From Saprospiraceae bacterium (GTDB lineage Bacteria > Bacteroidota > Bacteroidia > Chitinophagales > Saprospiraceae): a DNA stretch of 60,869 nucleotides. Below, piece by piece: positions 28,235-39,625 of the stretch (the stretch's first letter is position 1; each line of letters opens with the position of its first letter). The notes under the pieces were generated by a model, which saw only the letters and a list, made by a program, of their open reading frames with translations, did no database searches and was not told the origin of the DNA. The position numbers were made by a program, and so were the translations under genes. Location of the stretch: assembly GCA_016787465.1 (NCBI GenBank), contig JAEUUR010000197.1, positions 1 through 60,869 on the forward strand, written 5' to 3'.

Positions 28235-29692
28235 ATGTTGCTCAGCGAATTGCTATATCAAATTCCGGTGCTGGAATCAAGCGGCAACCTCGACGTCGAG
28301 GTTGGACAGATTTGCTTTGATTCCCGTGCCGTAAAAGCAGGCGATGTGTTTGTAGCCGTTCGCGGCGTATCGTCCGACGGGCATTCGTTCATTGACAAAG
28401 CCATTGAAAATGGCGCCGTTGCAGTGGTGTTGGAATCCATTCCTGCATCTCAACTGCCTATTCCCATGGTGAAAGTGGCTGACGCCGCGGAAACGTTGGG
28501 TAAAATGGCTGAAAATTTCTTCGACCACCCTTCTTATGAATTGATATTGGTGGGAGTGACCGGCACGAATGGAAAAACTACCACGACTACGCTGTTGTGG
28601 CAATTATTCACGGAGTTGGGTTTCAAATGCGGGTTGATTGGAACGGTGGAAAACCGCATCGGCGATAAGATCACCCCTTCCACACACACCACACCGGATG
28701 CCATTCGCTTACATGGTTTGATGCGTGAAATGGCCGATGCAGGGTGCAGTCACGTGTTTATTGAAGTAAGCAGCCACGCCATTCATCAGCGCAGGATTGC
28801 AGGATTGAGCTTTGCCGGCGCGGTGTTTACCAACCTGACGCACGATCACCTCGACTACCACAAAACCTTCGCGGAATACAGAGACGCTAAAAAGTTGTTT
28901 TTCGACCTGTTGCCTAAAACTGCGTTTGCACTCACCAACGCCGATGACAAAAACGGAGCCGTGATGGTGCAAAATTGCAAGGCAAATACGGTGACTTTCG
29001 GCTTGAAAAAAGCGGCGGATATCAAATCCAAAATCATCGAAAACAGCCTCGACGGGCTACATCTTGAAATAGACGGCGAACAAATTCATGCCCGATTGAT
29101 CGGAGAATTTAATGCCTACAACCTGACGGCAGCATATGCGGTAGCACGGCAACTGGATATTCCTAAAATGGAAGCGCTAACGGCCATTAGCAACTTATTG
29201 GGCGCTGAAGGTCGTTTCGAACACCTTCCACATCCGAAAAAACCGGGCTGTATTGGTATCGTCGACTATGCACACACCCCGGATGCCTTGGAAAAAGTGC
29301 TCGAAACCATCGCCAAACTGAAGAAAAAAAATTCACGGGTGATTACGGTGACCGGCGCAGGCGGCGATCGCGACAAAACCAAACGGCCCATCATGGCTCA
29401 GGTGTGCGCGCGTATGAGCGACCAGCTGATCCTGACCAGTGATAATCCAAGAACAGAAGACCCTGCGGCAATCCTGCAGGATATGGAAGCCGGCTTGTCG
29501 GCGGAAGAGCGCAGTAAAACCATTGTGATCGCCGACCGCGAGCAAGCCATCAAAACCGCCGTCAAACTGGCGGCACAAAACGATGTCATTCTGGTAGCAG
29601 GGAAAGGACATGAAAAATACCAGGACATCAAAGGCGTAAAGCACCCATTCGACGATAAACAAGTGCTTTTTGACATGATGAATCAGATGTAA
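28235..29692 (+). CDS. murE: UDP-N-acetylmuramoyl-L-alanyl-D-glutamate--2,6-diaminopimelate ligase
   Basis: GVTGTNGKTTTT P-loop and the C-terminal DNPR motif (SDNPRTEDP). The track ORF starts at a GTG inside ftsI. The ATG at 28235 (MLLSELLYQIP) is the sensible start. Confidence 0.95.
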   Translation: MLLSELLYQIPVLESSGNLDVEVGQICFDSRAVKAGDVFVAVRGVSSDGHSFIDKAIENGAVAVVLESIPASQLPIPMVKVADAAETLGKMAENFFDHPSYELILVGVTGTNGKTTTTTLLWQLFTELGFKCGLIGTVENRIGDKITPSTHTTPDAIRLHGLMREMADAGCSHVFIEVSSHAIHQRRIAGLSFAGAVFTNLTHDHLDYHKTFAEYRDAKKLFFDLLPKTAFALTNADDKNGAVMVQNCKANTVTFGLKKAADIKSKIIENSLDGLHLEIDGEQIHARLIGEFNAYNLTAAYAVARQLDIPKMEALTAISNLLGAEGRFEHLPHPKKPGCIGIVDYAHTPDALEKVLETIAKLKKKNSRVITVTGAGGDRDKTKRPIMAQVCARMSDQLILTSDNPRTEDPAAILQDMEAGLSAEERSKTIVIADREQAIKTAVKLAAQNDVILVAGKGHEKYQDIKGVKHPFDDKQVLFDMMNQM

Positions 29693-29872
29693 GGCATTGC
29701 CGGAAAGCCGGTTCAGCCTGCATCCAAAGATATAATAGTGGAGGGACTATTATTTTGAATTGGTTGAGGGGCGATGGAAGATCGCCCCCAACAAATTTAA
29801 TACTTCGTTGACTATAAACAAAACCACCTGAAACTACCAATAACCAACTAAGAATAACAATCAACAACAACC

Positions 29873-31132
29873 ATGTTTGTACATCTTTTTGAATACTTGA
29901 AAGAACATTATGACCTGCCGGGCGCGGGTTTGTTCAAGTACATCTCGTTCAGAGCGGGCATGGGCATGTTGTTCTCTTTGCTGATCTCCCTGGTGATCGG
30001 CAAACGTATCATTGATTGGCTGCGCAGTTTGCAAATCGGAGAAACCGTGCGCGATCTGGGATTAGCCGGTCAAAATATCAAAGCAGGCACCCCAACCATG
30101 GGCGGAATTATTCTGGTGGCCGCAACGCTGGTGCCCTTCCTGTTCCTGGCTCGCCTCGATAACGTGTATGTGTTGCTCATGCTGGTAAGCACGGTCTGGA
30201 TGTTTGCCATTGGGTTTATCGACGACTACATCAAGGTGTTCAAAAAAGATAAGGAAGGTTTAAAGGGCCGCTTCAAAATCATGGGACAGGTTGGATTGGG
30301 ATTGATCGTAGGCGTGACGATGTTGATGAGCGATGAAGTGGTAGTGCGCCTTGAATCGGAAGTGGCGGTGCAAAACGGATACGTCATCACCGATACCATT
30401 TTCGTGAAAAACCCGGCCAAACCGAATACCTACACAGAAATGGTGTATGCGAAAGCGCCGATTACCAACGTGCCTTTTATCAAAAACAACGAGCTCGACT
30501 ACTCGCGCCTTTTGTGGTTCCTCGGCGATAACGCCCGCGATTTGAGCTCTATTTTGTTCGTGATCATGACCATTTTGGTGATCACAGCTGTTAGCAACGG
30601 GGCAAATTTGACCGATGGATTGGATGGGCAGTTGGCGGGTGTTTCAGCCATCGTCTGTATGGCCTTGGGTATACTGGCGTATTTGAGCGGCAACTCCGTG
30701 GCTGCCGATTTTTTGAATATTCTCTACATCCCGGAATCTGGGGAAATGGTGATTTATGCGGCTTGTTTGTTAGGCGCTTGCATCGGCTTCCTTTGGTACA
30801 ACGTATTCCCGGCTCGGGTTTTTATGGGCGATACCGGAAGTTTAACCCTCGGCGGCATCATTGCAGCCATGGCAATTATCCTCCGGAAAGAACTCTTGAT
30901 CCCGGTACTATGCGGTGTGTTTTTGGTGGAAAACCTGTCGGTCATCATTCAGGTTTGGTGGTTCAAACGAACGAAGAAAAAATACGGTGAAGGCAGGCGT
31001 GTGTTTTTGATGGCCCCTCTGCATCACCACTTTCAAAAGAAAGGTCTGCACGAGGTCACGATTTCAGTGCGCTTCTGGATCGTTCAGATTTTGTTGGCAG
31101 CGGCTACAATCATTACATTGAAAATCAGATAA
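29873..31132 (+). CDS. mraY: Phospho-N-acetylmuramoyl-pentapeptide transferase
   Basis: 419-aa polytopic protein with NLTDGLDG and FMGDTGSL motifs. Confidence 0.97.
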   Translation: MFVHLFEYLKEHYDLPGAGLFKYISFRAGMGMLFSLLISLVIGKRIIDWLRSLQIGETVRDLGLAGQNIKAGTPTMGGIILVAATLVPFLFLARLDNVYVLLMLVSTVWMFAIGFIDDYIKVFKKDKEGLKGRFKIMGQVGLGLIVGVTMLMSDEVVVRLESEVAVQNGYVITDTIFVKNPAKPNTYTEMVYAKAPITNVPFIKNNELDYSRLLWFLGDNARDLSSILFVIMTILVITAVSNGANLTDGLDGQLAGVSAIVCMALGILAYLSGNSVAADFLNILYIPESGEMVIYAACLLGACIGFLWYNVFPARVFMGDTGSLTLGGIIAAMAIILRKELLIPVLCGVFLVENLSVIIQVWWFKRTKKKYGEGRRVFLMAPLHHHFQKKGLHEVTISVRFWIVQILLAAATIITLKIR

Positions 31133-31150
31133 TTATCGGTTTCTAAAAAC

Positions 31151-32565
<1,415 letters not shown>

Positions 32566-32570
32566 AACCA

Positions 32571-33704
32571 ATGTCACTAGGCGCAAAAATAGCAGCAGAA
32601 CTCAGGGGTGATCGTACCATATGGATGATCATTGCCGTCCTGAGCATGTTCAGCATCCTGGCGGTGTATTCCGCTTCGGGTTGGGAGGCATGGCGCTCGC
32701 GTGGCGGCGACACCACCGTGTTCCTGATTAAACACGTGGTACTGCTGGCTTTTGGTTTGGCGATTGTTTACCTGTGCCATTTGTTGCATTACCTTCAATA
32801 CAAACGTATCGCTCCTTTGATGATGTTGATCGTGGTGCCATTGCTGGTTTTCACCCTGGCATTCGGTCGGAACATCAATGAAGCGGCCCGTTGGATCAGT
32901 TTAGGCGGATTTAGTTTTCAGCCTTCCGAGTTTGCGAAATTGGCACTGATCATTTACATCGCCCGGGAGTTGACCCGCAAACAGGATTATATCACCAGTT
33001 TCAAGGATGCTTTTATGCCGATTCTGGTTCCTGTGTTGATTGTTTGCGGCTTGATTGCACCGGCCAATTTGAGTACGGCAGCTGTATTGTTTGCCACCTG
33101 CATCCTGCTGATGTTTATTGGTCGCGTTAGTTGGAAATACATTTTTCTACTGGGCATTCTGGGCATCGTGGTATTGGTGGGTATCATTGCCATTGGAAGA
33201 TTGTATCCCGACGCCGGTTTGGTCCGGGTAGATACCTGGATTTCGCGTTTGGATGAATTTGCCAATGCAGAAGACGGCGGGTACCACGTTCAACAGGCAA
33301 AAATCGCTATTGCCAGGGGCGGCGTCATCGGAGAAGGGCCAGGCAACAGCTTGATTCGCAACTTTTTGCCTTATGCCCATGCTGATTTTATTTATGCCAT
33401 CATTTGTGAAGAATACGGATTGCTTGGTGGTACGGCAGTACTCATTTTATATGTGATGCTGTTTTTGCGCAGCGTAAAGATGGTGACCCGCAGTCCAAAA
33501 GCATTCGGTGCATTTCTGGCGATCGGCTTGAGTCTGCTGCTGACTGTTCAGGCGCTCACGAACATAGCCATCAATGTGAACCTGGTGCCGGCTTCCGGCC
33601 TCACGCTTCCATTGATTTCTATGGGGGGTACCAGTTTGTTATTCACTTGTATTTCGCTGGGTATGATACTCAGTGTGAGCAAGTACATTGAATCATTAGA
33701 ATAA
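32571..33704 (+). CDS. ftsW: SEDS-family peptidoglycan glycosyltransferase FtsW
   Basis: 377 aa with about 10 TM helices and FtsW/RodA motifs (QPSEFAKL, HADFIYA, LPLISMGGTS). dcw position. Confidence 0.92.
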   Translation: MSLGAKIAAELRGDRTIWMIIAVLSMFSILAVYSASGWEAWRSRGGDTTVFLIKHVVLLAFGLAIVYLCHLLHYLQYKRIAPLMMLIVVPLLVFTLAFGRNINEAARWISLGGFSFQPSEFAKLALIIYIARELTRKQDYITSFKDAFMPILVPVLIVCGLIAPANLSTAAVLFATCILLMFIGRVSWKYIFLLGILGIVVLVGIIAIGRLYPDAGLVRVDTWISRLDEFANAEDGGYHVQQAKIAIARGGVIGEGPGNSLIRNFLPYAHADFIYAIICEEYGLLGGTAVLILYVMLFLRSVKMVTRSPKAFGAFLAIGLSLLLTVQALTNIAINVNLVPASGLTLPLISMGGTSLLFTCISLGMILSVSKYIESLE

Positions 33705-33717
33705 GTTCCTAACCGAA

Positions 33718-34833
33718 ATGTCGAACGATAAAAATATAAAAGTAATGGTTACCGGAGGGGGTACAGGGGGGCACGTCTTCCCGGCCATCGCCGTTGCCGA
33801 CGCTATTAAACGATTACGACCGGAAACAGAGTTTCTGTTTGTAGGCGCCGAAGGCAAAATGGAAATGGAACGGGTACCCAAAGCCGGTTACCAAATCGTT
33901 GGCTTGAACATCGCCGGCTTTCAAAGGCGTTTGAGCTGGAAAAACCTGGTTTTCCCGTTCAAATTGCTATCAAGTTTGAGAAAAGCCAGACGCATTGTAG
34001 CTGAATTTCAACCCGACGTAGTAATCGGAACGGGTGGTTATGCAAGCGGTCCTGTGATGCGCGCAGCGCAAAACCAGGGTGTTCCGACACTCATTCAGGA
34101 GCAAAATTCGTACGCAGGTGTTACAAACAAAATTCTGGGGAAAAAAGCCCGGCGCGTTTGTGTGGCTTACGATCACATGGAACAGTTTTTTGACAAGGAT
34201 AAAATTGTGTTCACCGGAAATCCGGTAAGAAGTGATATTCTCAACCTGGAAGGGAAAAGAGCGGAGGCCATTCAATATTACGGTTTGAACCCGGCAAATA
34301 AAACCATTGCAATCATTGGTGGAAGCCTTGGCGCCCGCACCCTGAATGAAGCTATGGCTGAAGGTTTTGAACAGTTGAAAGACAAACCGGTGAATGTGTT
34401 GTGGCAATGCGGTAAGTTTTACGAGGCCATTTTTCAGGAAAGCGACACCGCAAAATTGCCCAATGTGGAAATGCGCGCCTTTATCGATCGCATGGATTTG
34501 CTGTACGCAGCAGCAGATGTGATTATTTCGAGGGCAGGGGCTTTGAGCATCAGCGAATTGTGCCTGGTTGGGAAACCGGCAGTTTTGGTGCCCTCGCCCA
34601 ATGTGGCTGAAGATCATCAAACCAAAAATGCACTGGCGCTGGTAGAAAAAGGCGCCGCCAGGTTGGTGAGCGACCTGGAAGCAAAAGAAAAAATGCTCCA
34701 GGATGCATTTCTGATTCTCGAAAACGAAGCCCTTGCTTTTAGCCTGGGTGAAAGTATCCGACCGATGGGCAGGCCCGATGCAGCCGAACGTATCGCAAAA
34801 GAAGCTTTAAGACTGGCAGGAATTGACTGCTAA
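33718..34833 (+). CDS. murG: Undecaprenyldiphospho-muramoylpentapeptide beta-N-acetylglucosaminyltransferase
   Basis: N-terminal GGGTGGHVFPA motif with canonical MurG length and position. Confidence 0.95.
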   Translation: MSNDKNIKVMVTGGGTGGHVFPAIAVADAIKRLRPETEFLFVGAEGKMEMERVPKAGYQIVGLNIAGFQRRLSWKNLVFPFKLLSSLRKARRIVAEFQPDVVIGTGGYASGPVMRAAQNQGVPTLIQEQNSYAGVTNKILGKKARRVCVAYDHMEQFFDKDKIVFTGNPVRSDILNLEGKRAEAIQYYGLNPANKTIAIIGGSLGARTLNEAMAEGFEQLKDKPVNVLWQCGKFYEAIFQESDTAKLPNVEMRAFIDRMDLLYAAADVIISRAGALSISELCLVGKPAVLVPSPNVAEDHQTKNALALVEKGAARLVSDLEAKEKMLQDAFLILENEALAFSLGESIRPMGRPDAAERIAKEALRLAGIDC

Positions 34834-34848
34834 ACAGGAAATAAAAAT

Positions 34849-35919
34849 ATGAAAACCGTCACACTCGAAATGGAACGATTGCGCAACCTGAATTCAGGAC
34901 TTGGGCAATATTGCCTGCACCTGGGCCGCGCTTTGGCGCAGGCGCCGCAAGGCATGCATTTCGTTGGGTACATGGCGGAATATCTTTCAGGGATTTTGGG
35001 CCCAGCCGTAACGACGCTCCCTTTGAATAAATGCCACAAGTGGACGGGCGTTCCGGTGGAAACAAACCTTTGGCATTGCATGCACCAGGATTCAGCGTAT
35101 TTTCCAAAACGCAAAAATGCAGTGCTGACCATGACTATTCACGACTTGAATTTCCTTGAGCGTCCGGATTATGGCGCATGGAAAAAGAAACTGAAAACCA
35201 AACGTCTGCAACATAAAATCGATCGCTGCCGGGGATTGGTTTATATCTCGGACTATGTTAAAAGTTGGGTGCACAGGTCGCTAAATGTACCAAGCGGAAC
35301 GGTGGAGCAAGTGATTTACAATGGCGTTCAGGTAGAGGCGGCAACGATGAACCAGACGCACGCGGCAATGGCGCCGTACCTGTTTTCCATCGGTATGCAC
35401 CCTAAGAAAAACTATGAAGTTGCCTTGCCGATCCTGCAGGCAAACCCAGGTTTACGTTGGGTCATTGCAGGTAGCGATGTGAAAAACTACCGCGCAAAAC
35501 TAACCGGCCAGGCCTCAAAAATGGGCGTCTCAGATCGCCTGATGTTTGCTGGCCCCATTAGTGAAACCGATAAGTGGCAATGGTATGCACAATGCGAAGC
35601 ATTTGTTTTTCCATCGCTTTCGGAAGGGTTCGGGTTGCCGGTGTTGGAAGCAATGGCTTTTGGTAAACCGGTATTCCTTTCCAACCGCACCAGCCTGCCT
35701 GAAATCGGAGGATCGGAAGCTTATTATTTTGAAAGTTTTGAACCGACTGAAGTAGTCAACACCTTCGAACAAGGTATGCAGCACTTCAATAATGATCCTG
35801 AAAAAGCACAACGTTTGAAAAATTGGTCGGCCGGTTTTACCTGGCAAAAAGCCGCACAATCATACGCTGCATTTTTCGAAACCATGTTGTCGAATAACCC
35901 CCAAATCAATCACAATTAA
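34849..35919 (+). CDS. GT4-family (GT-B fold) glycosyltransferase inserted between murG and murC
   Basis: 356 aa with the EX7E region FVFPSLSEGFGLPVLEAMAFGKPV. The gaps to murG and murC are 15 nt and 11 nt. Confidence 0.85.
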   Translation: MKTVTLEMERLRNLNSGLGQYCLHLGRALAQAPQGMHFVGYMAEYLSGILGPAVTTLPLNKCHKWTGVPVETNLWHCMHQDSAYFPKRKNAVLTMTIHDLNFLERPDYGAWKKKLKTKRLQHKIDRCRGLVYISDYVKSWVHRSLNVPSGTVEQVIYNGVQVEAATMNQTHAAMAPYLFSIGMHPKKNYEVALPILQANPGLRWVIAGSDVKNYRAKLTGQASKMGVSDRLMFAGPISETDKWQWYAQCEAFVFPSLSEGFGLPVLEAMAFGKPVFLSNRTSLPEIGGSEAYYFESFEPTEVVNTFEQGMQHFNNDPEKAQRLKNWSAGFTWQKAAQSYAAFFETMLSNNPQINHN

Positions 35920-35930
35920 TACGAAGCACC

Positions 35931-37283
35931 TTGGATTTTAACCAGATACATCGAATTTATTTCATCGGCATCGGCGGCATCGGCATGTCGGCACTGGCGC
36001 GTTATTTTCACTTGCACGGCAAGGAAGTACACGGCTACGATCGCACCGAAACCGACCTTACCCGCGCACTGGTGGCAGAGGGTATGAAGGTGCATTACAC
36101 CGATGATGTGTCGTATATTCCTCAAGGCGTGGATTTGGTGGTATTTACACCGGCTGTACCGAAGGAACACACGGAATTGAACTGGTTTTTGACGCATGGT
36201 TACCCGGTGAAAAAACGCGCTGAAGTGCTTGGCATTATCAGCAAAGCCAAACGTTGCGTGGCGATTGCAGGTACGCACGGGAAAACGACTACTTCCACGA
36301 TGACAGCTTATCTGATGCGCGCCTGCGGCATCGATGCCAGCGCCTTTTTGGGCGGCATTTCCGGTAATCTTGGCAGCAACTTCGTAGAAGGTAAAAGCAA
36401 CTGGGTGGTAGCGGAAGCTGATGAATACGACCGCTCGTTTTTGCACCTCCATCCGGAAATCGCGGTCATCAACTCCATCGACGCCGATCACCTGGATATA
36501 TACGGCAGCGAGGAAGGCGTGCGTGAAAGTTATCAAACTTTTGCCGGGCAAGTGAAAGCCGGCGGGAACTTATTGCTCGAACAAAACGTTGATTTAGAAT
36601 CAGTTGGAGCGTTGAAATTCGGAATTGAACAAGGCGATTTCCATGCTGAAAATATCCGGATCGAACACGGTTTTATGGTTTTCGATCTCAGGATTCAAGT
36701 AAACAAGTTGCCTCAAGTGCTCACGGGATTGAAATTGCCATATCCCGGTTTGCACAATGTGAAAAATGCGGTCGCCGCCATAGCATGCACCCTTTTGGCC
36801 GGAGGTGATGCCGACCGAATTCCCGCAGCACTCGCTTCGTTCAAAGGAGTGAAACGGCGTTTCGAGGTCATTGTCAACACAGGTAAGACGGTGTATGTGG
36901 ATGATTATGCGCACCACCCGGCAGAACTCGAAGCAACCATTTCGGCTGCACGAATGATGTATCCCGGCAAAAAGTTAACCGGCGTATTTCAGCCGCACCT
37001 CTTTACCCGTACCCGCGATTTCGCCGACGGCTTTGCAGCGGCGCTCGACCTGCTGGATGAATGCCTGCTCATGCCGATTTACCCGGCCCGTGAGTTGCCG
37101 ATTGAAGGAGTCAACGCTGAAATGCTGCTTGAAAAAATGCAATTGAAAAACAAACAGCTGGTTCCTAAAAATCAGGTGTTGGAATTCCTGGAAAACCATC
37201 AGCCTGAAGTGTTACTGACCATGGGCGCCGGCGACATCGATACCCTGATAGAACCAATTAAAGCATACCTGACAAACCAATAA
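35931..37283 (+). CDS. murC: UDP-N-acetylmuramate--L-alanine ligase
   Basis: FIGIGGIGMSALA N-terminus and AGTHGKTTTS P-loop. The start codon is a TTG at 35931. Confidence 0.95.
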   Translation: MDFNQIHRIYFIGIGGIGMSALARYFHLHGKEVHGYDRTETDLTRALVAEGMKVHYTDDVSYIPQGVDLVVFTPAVPKEHTELNWFLTHGYPVKKRAEVLGIISKAKRCVAIAGTHGKTTTSTMTAYLMRACGIDASAFLGGISGNLGSNFVEGKSNWVVAEADEYDRSFLHLHPEIAVINSIDADHLDIYGSEEGVRESYQTFAGQVKAGGNLLLEQNVDLESVGALKFGIEQGDFHAENIRIEHGFMVFDLRIQVNKLPQVLTGLKLPYPGLHNVKNAVAAIACTLLAGGDADRIPAALASFKGVKRRFEVIVNTGKTVYVDDYAHHPAELEATISAARMMYPGKKLTGVFQPHLFTRTRDFADGFAAALDLLDECLLMPIYPARELPIEGVNAEMLLEKMQLKNKQLVPKNQVLEFLENHQPEVLLTMGAGDIDTLIEPIKAYLTNQ

Positions 37284-37296
37284 CAACAAACTAAAA

Positions 37297-38073
37297 ATGC
37301 TTCGCATTCCAAACATACGCTACGACCGCATTATCTGGGTGATGTTTCTCCTGGTGGTTGGCCTATTGCTTTATTCGGCAATCGGCAAGCGGAAGAACAG
37401 CTTTGCAGAAGGCATTGAAGTGGAAGTAAAACCTTTGGAAAGCGGCGACAAGCTGATCAGTGAACGAGACGTGCGGCAGGCATTGCTTCGCTCCTTCGGA
37501 AATACCCTGGAAGGCACCGAAGTGGCGCAACTGGAAGTGGAGCGGATGGAACGTGTGCTGGAAGAAGATCCATTTGTGTTTAACGCAGAAACCTACATGG
37601 ATCAGCACAACATCTTCCACGTGAAGGTGGAACAACGCGAGCCAATCCTGCGAATTCTGGATAATAACGGCGCCAATTATTACCTGGATAAAAACGGTGT
37701 AAAAATGCCGCCATCCAAAAATTTTGCAGCGCGCGTAGTAGTGGCAACCGGTAACATCGCCCCATACCAGGAAGACTTCAGAAAACGCAAGAAACGGAAC
37801 ACGCTCAAAGACCTGTTCGCACTGACGGAAACCCTGATGGCCGACGAATTTTTATCGGTGTTCATTCAGCAAATCCATGTAACCAACACCGGCGATTTTG
37901 TGCTGGTGCCATTGATCGGAGATCAAAATATCGTGCTGGGTTCAGTGAGAAGGGTAGAAGACAAACTCCGGCGTTTGAAGGTCTTTTACCAGGAAGGAAT
38001 GCCCTACGCCGGATGGAGAAAATACGAAAGCATTAACCTCAAATACAACGGACAAGTAGTGTGTAAACGCTAA
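37297..38073 (+). CDS. ftsQ: Cell-division protein FtsQ (POTRA-containing)
   Basis: 258-aa bitopic protein in the position after murC. The N-terminus carries a TM helix followed by POTRA-like beta-rich domains. Confidence 0.85.
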   Translation: MLRIPNIRYDRIIWVMFLLVVGLLLYSAIGKRKNSFAEGIEVEVKPLESGDKLISERDVRQALLRSFGNTLEGTEVAQLEVERMERVLEEDPFVFNAETYMDQHNIFHVKVEQREPILRILDNNGANYYLDKNGVKMPPSKNFAARVVVATGNIAPYQEDFRKRKKRNTLKDLFALTETLMADEFLSVFIQQIHVTNTGDFVLVPLIGDQNIVLGSVRRVEDKLRRLKVFYQEGMPYAGWRKYESINLKYNGQVVCKR

Positions 38074-38105
38074 CCGAAACAATAAACACTCAAGTTTTTG
38101 AAACA

Positions 38106-39509
38106 ATGAAAAAAACGATTCTACTCATTCTATTGTGTTGCCCCCTGACGATGTTCGCCCAGGGCCAGCAAGCTACTTTGCTCGGCCAGTGGGACGACCC
38201 GACCATTATCGGATCAACGGCCTACAACAACCGGTACAATGAAGTATGGAGCGTTGCAGTGAACGGCCACGAGTACGGAATCATCGGTTCCACCAGAGGC
38301 ACCCATTTCATCGACGTCACCAACCCATCGGCGCCATTCGAAGCAGCGTTTGTGCCTGGTAAAGCACAAGGTGGATCGATCATTCACCGCGACTATAAAA
38401 CCTATAAAAACTATGTGTACGGTGTTTGCGATGAAGGCCCGAGCAGCCTGCAAATTATGGACGTTTCCACCTTGCCCGATTCCGTACGTTTGGTGTATAA
38501 TTCGAATTCGATCATTGTAACCGCGCATAATATTTCCATCGATACAGCAACAGGAATGTTGTATGCGTGGGTATTCGGAGGCAGCCCACAATATGGCTAC
38601 GGCGGTATGGCATTGCTCAGCCTTGCGAATCCTGAAAACCCAACCTATGTCCGTAAATACAACAACGTACAAGGGTTCTCATTCGGGCATATCCACGACG
38701 GCTTTGTGAGAAACGACACGGTTTACCTCGACGCCGGAACCGACGGTTTTGCCATTGCAGATTTTTCTACCCCGCAACAACCAAAACTGCTTGGTACAAT
38801 GACTTCCTACCCTGGACAAGGCTATAACCACTCCGGCTGGTTGTCGGAAGATGGACGCTACTACTACATGGCTGATGAAAACCACGGCTCTCCGGTGAAA
38901 ACAGTGGACGTTCAAAATTTGGAAGACATACAGGTCGTGGATAGCTACCATGCCTATTCGACGCCAACCCAGATACCTCATAATCCATTGCTGGCCTGCA
39001 ATTACCTGTACGTTGCCTATTACTATGACGGGCTTCAGGTGTACGATGTGAGCGACCCGGAAAATGTGAATCGCGTGCTGTATTACGATACATCAACCGA
39101 GCCGGATGGAACCAGTTACAAAGGCGCCTGGGGCGTGAATCCTTTTTTGCCTTCCGGCAATATTTTGATTGCCGACATGCAAAACGGACTGTTCATTTTC
39201 AAGGGAATCGGCGATGGTTGCACCGGCGCGGTTTCCGCGACCAAACAAGCGCCCGAAGCCGCTTTTCAGGTAAAAGTCAGTCCGCAACCAGCGGTTGATG
39301 TGCTTCAGGTAAAACTGGAAAACCTTAGCTATAAGCAGGGAACGGCACAATTGTTTGACGCAGGAATGAGGCAGGTTTGTTCGCAAGTTATTGAACAACA
39401 AGAATTTAAAATGCAAATCCCGGCTCAATTGGCCAACGGGTTGTATTTACTGAAAATTGAAACAGATGCAGGAGTCGTGACGAAAAAAGTTTCAATTTTT
39501 TGTTTTTAA
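38106..39509 (+). CDS. Secreted LVIVD-repeat / choice-of-anchor-B-like beta-propeller protein with T9SS C-terminal sorting domain
   Basis: It has a signal peptide and the N-terminal pattern LLGQWDD...YNEVWSV..GHEYGIIGS..GTHFIDVTNP typical of that family. The C-terminal ~85 aa are T9SS CTD-like (VSPQPA...GLYLLKIETDAG). It lies between ftsQ and ftsA. Confidence 0.75.
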   Translation: MKKTILLILLCCPLTMFAQGQQATLLGQWDDPTIIGSTAYNNRYNEVWSVAVNGHEYGIIGSTRGTHFIDVTNPSAPFEAAFVPGKAQGGSIIHRDYKTYKNYVYGVCDEGPSSLQIMDVSTLPDSVRLVYNSNSIIVTAHNISIDTATGMLYAWVFGGSPQYGYGGMALLSLANPENPTYVRKYNNVQGFSFGHIHDGFVRNDTVYLDAGTDGFAIADFSTPQQPKLLGTMTSYPGQGYNHSGWLSEDGRYYYMADENHGSPVKTVDVQNLEDIQVVDSYHAYSTPTQIPHNPLLACNYLYVAYYYDGLQVYDVSDPENVNRVLYYDTSTEPDGTSYKGAWGVNPFLPSGNILIADMQNGLFIFKGIGDGCTGAVSATKQAPEAAFQVKVSPQPAVDVLQVKLENLSYKQGTAQLFDAGMRQVCSQVIEQQEFKMQIPAQLANGLYLLKIETDAGVVTKKVSIFCF

Positions 39510-39544
39510 TTTGAAAAAAAACAAAACAATTAATTTTAAAATAT

Positions 39545-39552
39545 TACTTTTG
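39545..39552 (+). promoter_or_regulatory. -7 box TACTTTTG upstream of ftsA (internal dcw promoter), followed by a 10-bp leader hairpin
   Basis: Exact TAnnTTTG 74 nt upstream of the ftsA ATG. Leader stem GAGTTTCGAT/ATCGAAACTC lies at 39562-39571 / 39596-39605. Confidence 0.45.
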
Positions 39553-39625
39553 TGCGGGAAAGAGTTTCGATCCGCCTGAAAGTAAAAGAAACCCAATCGA
39601 AACTCACCACTTAAATTTTTACATT

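Noticed and set aside
29725-29732. Exact -7 box (CAAAGATA on plus strand) pointing antisense into murE
   Set aside because: A motif with six fixed bases is expected about 30 times by chance in 2 x 61 kb. No ORF or structure lies downstream of it, so it is probably fortuitous.
29693-29872. Missing murF (and ddl, and atpD/atpC after atpG) considered as deletions
   Set aside because: Unlinked murF and ddl, and a separate atpDC locus, are the normal Bacteroidota arrangement. They are not evidence of loss here.
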